Shown piece after piece: positions 25,429 to 39,782 of a stretch of 64,000 nucleotides of DNA. This DNA comes from Octopus sinensis. Lineage: Eukaryota. Numbering within the stretch: the stretch's first letter is position 1; every line of letters starts with the position of its first letter. Location of the stretch: NCBI RefSeq assembly GCF_006345805.1, contig NC_043019.1, positions 28,457,360-28,521,359 on the forward strand. Direction: 5' to 3'. The notes beneath the pieces are model-generated. The model saw nothing but the letters and a program-made list of their open reading frames with translations. It searched no databases and was not told where the DNA came from. The position numbers were made by a program, and so were the translations under genes.

Positions 25429-28400
25429 CTCTCTGGCATGTATATGAGGCATTTCCCCCTCCATATTTTTAAGAGGTCATGGGCCAACAGGTTTGGGGGA
25501 TCTGATGACATGCCATAAAGCTAAACCCTTTATAGACAGGAAACCTAAGGTAATCACATAAACAGGCCTTCCCCATTTTTAATATATACTGCTCTACATC
25601 TTTGGAGGTGAGATATGTTGAATGCACTCAAAAAAATCCTATGGAAAAAATTATTTCACACCGAGGTTACAAGCAGGTCTTTTACAAATTATTTACCATA
25701 TTTTTCAAGTCATTTACAATTTAGAATATTTTTTAAATATGCCAAAAAAATATTTTGTAATGGTATTCACTTGAAAAAGTGATGAGATCTCATGGCAGCT
25801 ATTGCCATCGCCGAGACTGGAGCGAGACCTCACCTGCATCCATTTGCCAAGCGCAAGATCACAACGAGGCTCGCAATGGCAAACTGGATATAAGAGCCCA
25901 ACAAAAACAGATTCATTCTCTTTTCACCACAAGCGCTTGCTGAGCACACTTCACTGGCTGGGACTCCAAGCTAGTCCTGTCTGCATGTTGTATCTCCAGA
26001 GGCAATGGGCCCACGTTAACGGAGATACAACGAAATGCACACAGCTTGAGATGGTATGCTGAGAGCATTTATATTAAAAAATTCTTTCCTTGCCTGCTGG
26101 AGTCTGAACTACATGAAGAACAATATTTAATGGGAGAAGGCGATATTCACCCGATATCGTAAACCTTGCCTCCCATTATAAATGTATCCAGAATGATGAG
26201 AGCACTTCACTATCAGATTATGTACTAGGTTTGAAAATAAGCTCTGTGATCAATACCATTGACTTCAAGGTGAGTGCTCTAGTATGGCCACAGTCTGATG
26301 ACTGAAGCAAGTGCAAGAATAAAACAATAAAGGTCCCTGGAACATACCTGTGTTAAACCACTGACGTGAACTGTTGATGTCTGCAGATGAAGCAATATTC
26401 GATCAACAACATACGCTGGCCCAGTTATGAAACCACATCTCAGCCTAGAAATCATAAAATAATGAATATTAATATTTTTTTCTAATTTTGGCACAAAGCC
26501 AGCAATTTTTGATTACAAAGTTGATTACATTGGCCCCAGTGTTCAATGTACTTATTTACTTATTTTATTGACCCCAAAGGAACGAAAGGTAAAGTCGACT
26601 TTGTTGGAATTTGAACTCAGAAAGCAAAACCAGAAGAAATGCTGCTAATAAGCATTTTGTCCACCATGCTAATGATTCTGCCAGCCTGCTGCCTTCTTAA
26701 CGAATATTCTTTTTTACTCTAGGCACAAGGCCTGAAATTTTGGGGGAGGTGGCCAGACGATTAGATCGACCCCAGTACACAAATGGTTCTTAATTTATTG
26801 ACCCTGAAAGGATGAAAGGCAAAGTCGACCTTGGGGGAATTTGAACTCAGGATGTAAAGATAGATGAAAAATCATTAAGTATTTCGCCCAGCATGCTAAC
26901 ATTTCTGCCAGCTCACCGCCTTATCTTGGTACCATATATTCTTTTCTACTCTAGGCACAAGTCCCAAAATTTTGGGGGAAAGGGCCAGTCAATTAGATCG
27001 ACCCCAGTACGCAACTGAAAGGATGAAAGACAAAGTCGACCTTGGCAAAATTTGAACTCAGGACAAAGACAGACGAAATACCTTTAAGCATTTCGCCTAG
27101 TTGAGAAGCAAACATCTTAACACACCAGTACCAGTAATTTTGTTTTTTATTTGATCTCTGACAGGAGACTTAGGAGTAGATCAAGTGATGGTTGGATAAT
27201 ATCCATAGTCTCAGCTGGTCATGTTTGGGAATCCATCCAAGGAGTGTAATGATGGTTAGAACCCTATAGAGAAGATGCCTGAGGATTCTACCCTCAACAA
27301 CTCACTCAGGAATTGTGAGCAGAGAAAATGGATGACTGGGTAGCTGGATGTTTCTCAAAATCAATAAGATCAAAGAGCACAGTTCTTGCATGGTATAATA
27401 GTTCTATTGGCTATAATGTATTAATTATTAAAAAATTGGTATGATGTGTGCAAAAATGAAAATATGTGGCTTTTTGCCCAATTGTTTGTATAGAACCATT
27501 GTTGTTTTGCTAACAATAGAACTTGTACAAAGTTGGAGAGTCTAGAATAATAATATAACTCATTCAAATAATGTAAGTAATTATTGAAATGATGCCTTAA
27601 CTTGCACAAAGCTTTCAGGACTGAAAGACCAGCTTCAATGATGGGATGAAACAAATAAATCAATTGAAAGATTAAATTGAATGAAAGGCCAAGCTGAATG
27701 AAAAACTAAGAATGAAACAAGATGAATGCATTGCCAACTTCAATGAAAGACAAGAATGAATGAAGGAAAAAAACTGAAGGAAAAATGAAAGGGAACAAAA
27801 ACAAAAATTAAAAAAAAACAAAAATAAATTAAAGATAAAAATGAAGAAAAGACAAAAATGAAAGAAAGATGAAAAGAAACAAGAAAGAAAAATGAATGAA
27901 AAACAGAAGTGAATGAAAGACAAAAATGAATGAAAGATTAAAGTGAATTAAATACCAAGGCAAATGAAAGAGAAAACTGAGTGAAAAACAGACTTGAATT
28001 ATTGACCAATTTGAATGAAAAGTCAAGTTGAAAGACAGACCAAAATGTATGAAAGATCAATTTGAATAAATAATTGATAAATCTGAATTTTAAAAAAACA
28101 ATTTAAACAAAACTCTGAGCTGAAGGAAACACCAACTTGTAGAGAATATCATACAGAATAAAAATCCATATTGAATATCTATATTTACATTAGATTTTCA
28201 TCAGCTGGATTTTTGAACAAAACACAATATAGATATAAATATCTAACCCTTTTGTGACCATATTTCTGTTGAGATGCTCTGTGTTTCTTTCAATTAATTT
28301 TAAATATAACAAAGAATTTAGTAAACTAATTTAGTTATAATTGAGCTAGTGGTAGGAACATAAATTGTGACTAAGGTTTGGTGGAAGATTTTAATTCAGA

Positions 28401-29881
28401 ACTTTTGAAAACAAGACATTTGTACTACAGGGCCAGAGGTAGTTTCAGGCAGGTTGGTATCAAAAGGGTTGAAAAAAAAATCATCCTAAAAGATGAGGTT
28501 AATAATTACAAAACTTATACCACATTTTCCAACACACAGGTTAAATATTTTAGATCAAAATTTACAATCAAAAAGGATAGATTGATTTAGATACCAAAAC
28601 AACTTCAGGACCAAAAATTCCATATGTAATGCATCAAGATTTGGAAAGATAATGACAATATTTGAATGTTTACATCAGGGCTGGCCAACCTGAAGCCCAC
28701 GGGTTGCATGCACCCTACAGACTTTATCTTGTGGCCTGCTTGATACTTCCTTGAAATGGGTTTATTTAAACAAACATTTTAAATATTTTATCAAAAATTA
28801 AAGATTGTAATGAAAAGTAAAAAAGAAAGACACTACTGTTTATGCAACGATAATATTTCATGTCGAATCAACAATCATTTATTCATTATTGTAATAATAG
28901 CATGAGAAAGCACAATGCTTTCAATTCTGTCAGTATACAAGCAGCCCTCAAAAAACGTTCTGTGATTAAAGTGGCCCACAATGTAATTCTAATTGGCCAG
29001 GCCTCGTTTACACTATGTTTCTGCTATATACTATATTGGCATGTGTGCTAGAAAATACTGTAATATTTTTAAACATCTAATCTGCAAAATAATAATAAAA
29101 ATTATACTTAACTTACCCAGAAGAAATAAGTTTTGAAAATGAGTCGGCTCTGACAACTCTCCCATCGACATCAAGTGAAAGAAAACTAGGAATATAATCC
29201 TAAAAAGTAGACATAACATATAAGCTAAAATTTCGAAGTCACTGTCATCAGCCTTCATTTTAATGTCAAATTGTTTTTATATATAACTTGACAGGAAAAC
29301 AAACATTAATATATATATATAGTAAAATAAGGATTCAGACAGAACCAGGTACTTGAAAAGATATGCACCAGGTAGGGTTGGATAAACCTGTGGTTCCAGC
29401 CTATGGTTCATAAGTATCAAATATGATATTCCAGTTGTGTACATAGAGAAAACCAACCCTAGGAGTATTTAGCGCCTAGGGGCACACATATATAAATATG
29501 ACAGAAAATGTCAGACAGACAGGTCAGTTATTCTTCAATTTTTTGTAAATTCTTAAATATATCTCCATCTGTATATTAGAGATGTTTGGTAGTATACCAA
29601 ACAAACATGATTTTTATTGAACTCAAATTACTTATTGTCGTCCCATTCTTGAATACTTTCTTGTAAACTGTTTTTAACAATTTCTTATCATTATCAAAGA
29701 ATGTATAACTGTATTTTAATACTTTTGTGACAACCAGTACTTAACACAACAAAGCTTATACAAAGCTTTACATTTTACTTTTGACAATCTTTTTCTAAAA
29801 AAAGTGAAACTGGTCAAGTCAATAAACATCTCTAAAAGTCCATTGCATTTTCAAACCTTCTTTCATATATATATATAATAT

Positions 29882-29925
<44 letters not shown>

Positions 29926-29974
29926 TATATATATATATATATAATAATATATATATATATATATATATAATATT

Positions 29975-30047
<73 letters not shown>

Positions 30048-30171
30048 TAGAGAAAAACCACTATTATGCAATTCAAACAATGATAGACATAAACCAAATC
30101 ATAAATAAAAAATAAAATATATATATACTCCCTAATATTATTATTATATATATATAATATATATATATGTA

Positions 30172-30247
<76 letters not shown>

Positions 30248-30254
30248 ATATATG

Positions 30255-30288
<34 letters not shown>

Positions 30289-30336
30289 TATAGATATATA
30301 TATGTATAATATATATATGTATATATATATATATAG

Positions 30337-30369
<33 letters not shown>

Positions 30370-30418
30370 GTATATATGTATATATATATATATATGTTAT
30401 ATATATATATATTATATG

Positions 30419-30450
<32 letters not shown>

Positions 30451-30604
30451 TATTATATATGTATATATAATATATATGTATATATGTATATATATATATA
30501 TATGTATATATGTATATATATATATGTATATATGTATATATATGTATATATGTATATTATATATATGTATATATGTAATATATATTATATATATATATTA
30601 TATA

Positions 30605-30658
<54 letters not shown>

Positions 30659-30700
30659 GATATATATATATATGATATATGTATATATATATATTATATG

Positions 30701-30732
<32 letters not shown>

Positions 30733-30832
30733 GATATATATATATATGTATATATATATATTATAGATATATATATATATAATATATATAATATATATAT
30801 ATGTATATATATATATATAGTATATATATATG

Positions 30833-30873
<41 letters not shown>

Positions 30874-31017
30874 TATATATATATGTATATAATATATATA
30901 TATGTATATAATATATATATGTATATATATATATATATATGTATAATATATATATATATTATATATATATATATATACATATATATAATATATATATATA
31001 TATATACATATATTATA

Positions 31018-31050
<33 letters not shown>

Positions 31051-31559
31051 TATATATATATTATATTAAATTAGAGACAAAACCACTATTAGGCAAATCA
31101 ACAATGAAAAACTTGAGCCAATACATAATATTATTTAATTTATATTATTTAAATATATAACAAAATTATTAAAAAAATATAATTAATATCACACTACGAT
31201 TGTTTCCTGCCTGCTAACTTCTTCAAATTTTTGAGTCGCAGTCATTCATCAGGTGGTTTAAATATTTACCTCACCAAGATAAATATTTAAACCACCTGAT
31301 GAATGACTGCAACTCAAAAAAAGTTAGCAGGCAGGAAACAATCGTAGTGTGATATTAATTATATTTTTTTAATAATTTTGTTATATATTTAAATAATATA
31401 AATTAAATAATATTATGTATTGGCTCAAGTTTTTCATTGTTTGATTTGCCTAATAGTGGTTTTGTCTCTAATTTAATATATATAATATTTTACTATAAAA
31501 TTGGATTCAATCCTAAATCTGATTTTTCCCTGTAAGTTTGGATTTATTCCCTAATATTT

Positions 31560-31615
<56 letters not shown>

Positions 31616-32981
31616 CACACACACACATATATATGCATACATATATGTATGTGTACGTGTGTGTGTGTGTATACAGGGATGGCCATAAGTCACTTTACCC
31701 ATTGTGTTTATTATTGTTAAAACTGGGTAAAGTGACTTATGGTCATCCCTGTATATGTATGTACGAAATAGCTGCTGTTCACAAGCGACCTGGTAGCATA
31801 CTTATAAAATGATTTTGCTAATTATTTTAGGTACCAGGAGTGGGTAACTGTAGTCTTCTGAGATCTTTTCCATTTTTTAGAAAGGGACCCAGCTATGAGA
31901 ATCAGCCCTGTACTCCTGTCTGGCTCTCCAGGCCCTGAATGATGCATCCTATTTGTGAATGAAATTACAGTAGAAGAAATAGAAGCTTCAACAAAACATT
32001 TTTTTACCTGAGAATACTGTAGGTAGTAATAAGCATCGTCTTCTACGATTAATAGGTCATAAGTTCTGGCAATTTCGTAGATTTCCTTCTTTCGTTCCAG
32101 AGTATAATTGATACCTGTTGGGTTGCAACCAGTTGGTACCATGTAGATAACTTTTGGTATGTCACTGTTTGGATCTTTGGCATCAAGTGGAGACCATTTG
32201 GAGAGAATTCGCAACAGTTCACTGGGAATTATTCCATCTTTGTCTGTCTTTACACCAAGCATTCTGGGATGAAGTGGCCTCAGCTTCATAAAGAAGTAAA
32301 TAAACAGAAATTCGGAGATGGCATAGTTTACAGAAAAAAACATTAACACATTAACCACCACAGCCTGTTACTGGAATTTACTGGTGACTCTATGTATTTC
32401 ACCCAGTCACACTGTATATTGACTAATTACAAAAAATGTAATTTTTAAAATTACGGAGATGTACTTGCATAGCAAGTGATTTGATCTGAGATCGTGTGCT
32501 GAAACGAAAACAATTGCAGCGTGGAAGGTGTTTGTAAGCCATTTAAGAAACACACAAAAGCCGTTCGATTCACTTCAACATTTAAGTTTAATTTGTCAAA
32601 ATATTTTCAGCACTTTAAGACCACAACCTGTTCATTGACAAAAATCCGTGCTGCATCTCTTATTTTTTTTATAATTTTCAATAATCTCAATAATTTTTAC
32701 AATATTTCAGAATTAAACTTTGACATTTAACACTTATATTATTTAAACATCCTCAAAACCATGTCAAAAATACAGAATAAAATATTTTCTCAAATTATGA
32801 ACATTTGCCACCAGTGGCAGCTGAGTGAAGTTTGTGATGAACCACCAAGTGGTACATGTGATGGTTAACATGTTAAATTAATTATCATTCACAATAGCAA
32901 ATTTTCTACTCATCACATTCATAATTTCTTCACCTTCTATCATGTTCCATCTTATATTCTTCTACCTGGGCTTCACCTCTT

Positions 32982-33020
<39 letters not shown>

Positions 33021-36000
33021 ACAGGTATGAAAGCCATATATTCAGCAAGATACCTGCTCTTGTCCTTCTATTATAGTTTCTTCTCTCTCCATTTTATACC
33101 CAACTCAGTTGAGGGGTCTTATGTTTTGGGTATTTGGTGACCTCACCAGTGCTGGTGCCACATAAAAAGCACCCAGTACACACTGTGAAGTAGTTAGTGT
33201 TAAGAAAGGCAACCAGTAGTAGAAACTATGCCAAAGCAGACACAGAACCTAGCACAACACTGTCTGGCTCATTTGTTCTTGTTGAACCATCTAACCCATG
33301 CCAGCATCAAAAAATGGATGTTAAGTGATGAATATCATTTTTACATTCAGTTATTCTAAGATTTATTTTACCTATGCTGGCATGGGTTGGATGAGATCTT
33401 TACGGCAGTATTCTATGGGCAGATGCCCTTCCTGATGCAAACCATTATTTTCAAGTATGATATTTTATTTTATGCTTGTTGAACTGCTGTCAGACATTTC
33501 GTTTGTGTGTAGAGAGGGACATAAAGAATATCACCTCTGTCCAAGGGCTTTCAGTACAAAAATATGAAAAAAAAAAAAATTCACACACACACACACACAT
33601 ACATGTCTGTCTGTCTCAATCTATATATATATATATATAATATACATACATATATTTCGTTTTATATGTACATTTTATAAACATACACAAGTTTTGGATC
33701 TAGCCCAGATAGTAAAAAGGTTCGAGAACCACTGGGCTAATCACTGAAAATAGTAAAGACCACAGGGAGATAATTAAGTATGAGTTCAGACATGGCTGTA
33801 TAGTTAAGAAGTTTAGTTTCACCCTACTATTACTACTACTACTATGTCGTCATCGTCATAATTTAGCATCCATTTTCTATACACACATGGGTTGGACTAA
33901 ATGTTTTTAAATTCTTCAAGTGAAGCCAACAGGCAGGAGACATAGGAAGAGCATGACAGTTGGATAATATGTCTACAGTCTCAGTAGGTCCTGAATCCAT
34001 TCAAAAAGTGTATTGATAGTTGCTTCTAGTCGGTCCTTTTGGAGGAGTTGCCTGAGGACTCAAGCCCCGAAACCCTCCTTGGAATTATGGATAGAAAAGA
34101 TGGATGGATGGATAGATAATAAGAAATGTGGCCTGTCACTTCCTTGAAATGATGTACCTTTCTGCCAAATTTCAGCTCCCTCAATGCAAAATTCTAGCCT
34201 TCAACATACACACAAATACATTCACTTTTACTTATTGAGTATGATAAACACTTACCACAGCATTAAGACCAGAGTAACAGGGTGTCTCACACAAAACGTA
34301 GTCATTTTCGTTCACGACAGCATCGAACAACTGCAAATTAGAACCAAGATTCTGTTATTTTAAAGACATTTCTATTTTATCAAAAAGTAGTGCATGCATA
34401 TACAGCTGTGTGCGTGTGCACATACATGCGAGTACTGTCCAAATCTCTGACCAATCACATACAGCTAGCTGGTATTCAATTAACATATCAAGTCTCGGGC
34501 ATTTTGATTGGGTTTTGGATAGAAAATTCAGTAAAAAGTCACTTCTATTGATTTTTTAATGCTTTGTGGGGTGACTGGGGAAATGTAAAGATGTGCACGA
34601 CCACCCTTGGAAGGTTTTGAATGACCATAGAAAGTGCAAGCCCTCTAACTGAAAAATTGTGGATTTGTATAAAGGACACACACACACACACACACACAGA
34701 CATTTTGCCGTTTATATATATAGAGATTGAACTTTACCAATAATCACTGACACAAACAAAATCATTGTTCAGTGGAATTGCATGAATTGCTAGAAATAGC
34801 AACCAAATCTCTTCTTCCAAATCCCACTCAAAACATCTTAACCTTTTTGATAACAACACCTGAGACTGCTCCTGGTTTTATGATACAAACTTATTCTGTT
34901 AAAGTATTCTAAATGAAAAACCTTCCATCAAAATTTCATGTTAATTTATGCTCCAAACATCTTAGAAGTACTTAATAACTACAAAGTTATTTTACAAAAC
35001 TCTTCATTATGTTTTTTTGTAAAACTAGTTATGTATTTCGATAATAATTAAATGATGATGATGATATGATGATGATTAAATGATATGATTAAATGATGAT
35101 GATGATAGGCGCAGGAGTGGCTGTGTGGTAAGTAGCTTGTTTACCAACCACATGGTTCCGGGTTCAGTCCCACTGCGTGGCACCTTGGGCAAGTGTCTTC
35201 TACTATAGCCTCGGGCCGACCAAAGCCTTGCGAGTGGATTTGGTAGACGGAAACTGAAAGAAGCCCATCGTATATATGTATATATATATATATATATATG
35301 CGTGTGTGTGCTTGTGTGTCTGTGTTTGTCCTCCTAGCATTGCTTGACAATCGATGCTGGTGTGTTTATGTCCCCGTTACTTAGCGGTTCGGCAAAAGAG
35401 ACCGATAGAATAAGTACTGGGCTTACAAAAGAATAAGTCCCGGGGTCGAGTTGCTCGATTAAAGGCGGTGCTCCAGCATGGCCGCAGTCAAATGACTGAA
35501 ACAAGTAAAAGAGAGTAAAAGAGTATATGTATGTGTGTGTGTATATGTTTGTGTGTCTGTATTTGTCCCCCACCAGCATCGCTTGACAACCGATGCTGGT
35601 GTGTTTATGTCCCTGTAATTTGGCAGTTCGGCAAAAGAGACCGATAGAATAAGTACTAAGCTTACAAAGAATAAGTCCTGGGGTTGATTTGCTCGACTAA
35701 AGGCGATGCTCCAGCATGGCTGCAGTCAAGTGACTGAAACAAGTAAAAGAAAAAAAAACGAGAGTATTTCTGGATTTCTAGAAATTCTGGATTTTTGGAA
35801 ACCAGATATGAAGTTCTTTAATGTACAATGATAGATCCTCATATCAAAAATTTGGACAAAATTTAATGTTTATTAGTGTCACCTAATTTCCCTTGCAAAA
35901 TTAATTAGCATTGCACTTACCTTTGACAAGCCATCTTGACTACCGCACGTAAGAGCTATTTTAATTTTTTGGTCACCAGACCGATTCAGTGCAGATACAT

Positions 36001-36293
36001 TATGTGAGTATTCTTGTAGGTCTCCTAACCATTTAATTAACTCTGGAAAGCTGAAACCACAGAAATATGATAGAATAAAAGTGCTTCAAAACAAAGAACA
36101 TTGGTGAGGGAATTTTATTCATAATTTGATTAATAATAATAATAATAATAATAATAATGATAATAACCAAAAATATATATATATATATGGCACACTAGGC
36201 ATAACAACAACATGAACTTCCAACCTGTTGTCTCTTGAGGTCTCTGGGTGAGACTTGGAGCCAACTTGTACAAATATAAAGCAAAAGTCAAAC

Positions 36294-36375
<82 letters not shown>

Positions 36376-39300
36376 AAGAAGAAGAAGAAGAAGAAGAAGA
36401 AGAAGAAGAAGAAGAAGAGAAGAAGAAGAAGAAGAATTAAAAAAGTAGTGGTGGTGGTGAAGAAGAAGACAGTGTTTTGTGCAGGTAAAGCTGTGTGGTT
36501 AAGCTTGCTTTCCAACCATGCAGTTTTAGGTTCAATTCCACTATGGATCAGCTTAGGTATATATCTTCTACCATTTTCCCTGAGTTGCCTTAATATCTTG
36601 TAAAACAAAAATTAGTTACTGGAAACAGTGCAGAAATACATTTGAAGGAAGGAACCATTCCTGTTCCAGAGTGGTAGACTTAATCTATTGCCTGGTTTAA
36701 ATCCCTTACAACCACTGGCACCTATACCAGCACCACCGTTTCCATCATAACTACCACCAGTACAACCACTGCCATTGCCACCACTGCTGCTGCAGCCAGC
36801 ACCATTAGCCCCACCACACACACACACCACCACCACCATATGTGGTTTATGTGAGGCTCTTGGTATTTTGAAATCTTCAGCAACATTCTTTTTGGAATTA
36901 AATGTGAAATAGCAGCAACATATGACAAATGAATGGCTTTAGCATTCATTGCTGCTCAATATTTGATATCAGTGCATTAAGCAAGTGAAGTAGAAATGCG
37001 AAGATTATATCACTTACGCAGGTAGAGTTAATCTTGAATAGAAACAATTCAAGTTGTCGACCATGACAAAAAAACCAATTCAAATATTTGACTTTTATTT
37101 TCAGTTTACAATGACATTCTGACAGCGACATATGAACTAGATTATTGGACAAAATTGAACCATCCCCAGACATGAGGCTGCAAACAATCATGTTAGTGCC
37201 AATGCCTTCCGAATCTCAAGCATGATACAGCTATGTTGGAGCACCAACCATCCAACCTCGACCTTTCAGCAAGAGAGAACATATTACTTTGTGTATCTTA
37301 CTCTTTCTGTGACAACAGGGTATGATTTAAGGCAAATTTGGTTTCTATATCTAGTAGGGTGAAAGACCACATATCTCAATCTTTATTCACTTGTCAAAAT
37401 CATTGCTATTGTAAAGATTCACATTTATAACACTTCAAAGATATTTTTGAGTGTTGCTCATACGTTGTTGCTTTTGTTTAACCCCAGGTCAATACTGACT
37501 GAAGACCTAATATCAAAAACATTTCAGACACAATCATCACAATTCTCTTTTCGGAACAGTGAATCTTGAAGCAGATGAAATCATAAATAATAGCAAGTAA
37601 ATACGGAGTTAAAAAAGCTTTGGCCCTTGTGCCGGTGGCATGTAAAAAACACACACTACACTCACGGAGTGGTTGCCATTAGGAAGGGCATCCAGCTGTA
37701 GAAACACTGCCAAATCAGACTGGAGCCTGGTGCAGCCTCCACGGCTTACCAGACCCCGGTCGAACCGTCCAACCCATGCTAGCATGGAAAAACGGACGTT
37801 AAATGATGATGATGATGATGACAGAGGAACTTGAAGGCTGCCCGATGGCTACCACTTCTTGTTCACATAAGAAGCTCATACAGTCACGTATCAAGCTCAT
37901 ATTCCTTATCAGTTGTAGCCAGGTTTTTTCATTTCTTTAGATGTAAAGCTCTACTGTGTTTCAATAATTTCTCTCCCTTCAACCTTTCCCTGAAGAAGAA
38001 CTCAGTTAGATTTCCCACCGCCTACAGCCAGTTCATCCTTTTTATCACTTTTATTATTGCTGACACAGACCGACACCAACCTCTTTGGTGTTTGATCATA
38101 TAATGTTGGCTAGAGTCTTGCTTGCATGAATGGACATGATATGAAAGCAGTCAGTTCTGAGGAGCATGGGCCATTGTATTGTAGCATATGTAGAGAGAGG
38201 AGACAACACAAATAAATTATAACAAATACATCAACATACCCTTGTGTTTCTGAATACTGCTGTACCCTTTGCATTTCAGTTTTGGACATAGAAAGAGTGG
38301 TGCCATTTCTGAAAATAAAATATAACCATTAACCCTTCGGAAGCCAATTCACCTGATTCTATGACACAAATTCTTCATTTTAAACTGATTTCAATTAAAA
38401 CGTTCTTATTACAATCTCATGTTCCAAATACCAGCTTTATAATGACTAATAATAAATAACTTACTTTATTAAATTCTACTTCTGACTAAGCTACTAAAAG
38501 AAAGGAAACAAAAAGATTCACTGTAACAATTGTTCTGTACACTTTGGCATTATCTGTGGCCCCTGTCTTTTATTTTTTACTTGTTTCAATCAGTGGACTG
38601 TGGCCATGCTGGGGCACTGCCTTGAAGGGTTTAAGTTCAAGGGTTCTCAACCATTTTTTTTATCTATAGACCCCTTTGATTGCTATTTTAGTCTGGTGGA
38701 CCCCTCCCTATAGCTATTCGATGCTTAAAAACTAGTTTTATAGATACTTCTTTCAAAATTCCTATTTTGTATTTCCACACATTAACTTGTGTAGGTTGAA
38801 CTATGTAAAATATTAGAGAAAGAAAACCACCTGTTTCTTGCAATACATACCAACACATACACACATCTGAAGCAAAATTCTTTCAGGGGCCCTTAAAACA
38901 CTACTGTGGATCTCCAATTTACTATTTTGTTTTGCGGACCCCTAAAAATCTTACATGGGCCCAGAGGGGCCATATGGACCCCGGTTGAGAACCACTGGCT
39001 TAGTTGAACAATCTGATCCCTTCTACTTGCTTGTTTTAAGCCTGATATTTATTCTAATCAGTCTCTTTTGCCAAACTGCTAAGTTACAGGGATAGAAACA
39101 AAACTAACACCAGCTGTCAAGCAGGGCAACTAAAACTTTGAAGATGGTGCTCCAGCATGGTCACAGTGGAATGACTGGCACCATTAAAAGGATAAAAGAA
39201 GAGAAACATACCAATGTACTTACTGTAATTTAAAAGATGCTTCTTCTACAGGAAACAAAGTGGCATTTGGCATTCCAGTAGCCATTGATATCATTGTTGG

Positions 39301-39746
39301 AGGACTTTCCAGTAAAATACCAACTGAAATATGGAAAGAATATTAAAGTTGAATTATATACATTATTTACATTTGACAGATATTTGTCCTCATCTTGTTT
39401 GTTGTTAACACAATGTTTCAGCTGATATACCCTCCAGCCTTCATCAGGAGTCTTGGGGAAATTTTGAATCTGGGTTCTCATTCCTTAACCACCACGGCAT
39501 AAAACAGGTAGAATATTTGGGCTGGATACAGTCAGTTTAAATGCTAAAGAGTTAAATTATAAATTGTCATAGCAATAAAACTGATTTTCAAACCCATATT
39601 AAATACATTAATATTATTTTTTAACTTCATCCTTTCGAGGTCAAATAAAAGTCAAGTGCTGGCATCAATGTAATCGACTTACTCTCTTCCCTGAAATTGC
39701 TGGCCTTGTGCCAAAATATTTCATTTTGTAATTATCTTATTGTTTC

Positions 39747-39782
<36 letters not shown>

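Noticed and set aside
27660-28030. Phe/Ser-rich ORFs over a purine-rich tract
   Set aside because: Low-complexity GAAA/AATG repeats.
29205-29260. CTGATGA...GAAA on the minus strand just upstream of exon 7
   Set aside because: Stems I, II and III do not pair adequately; likely a chance core match.
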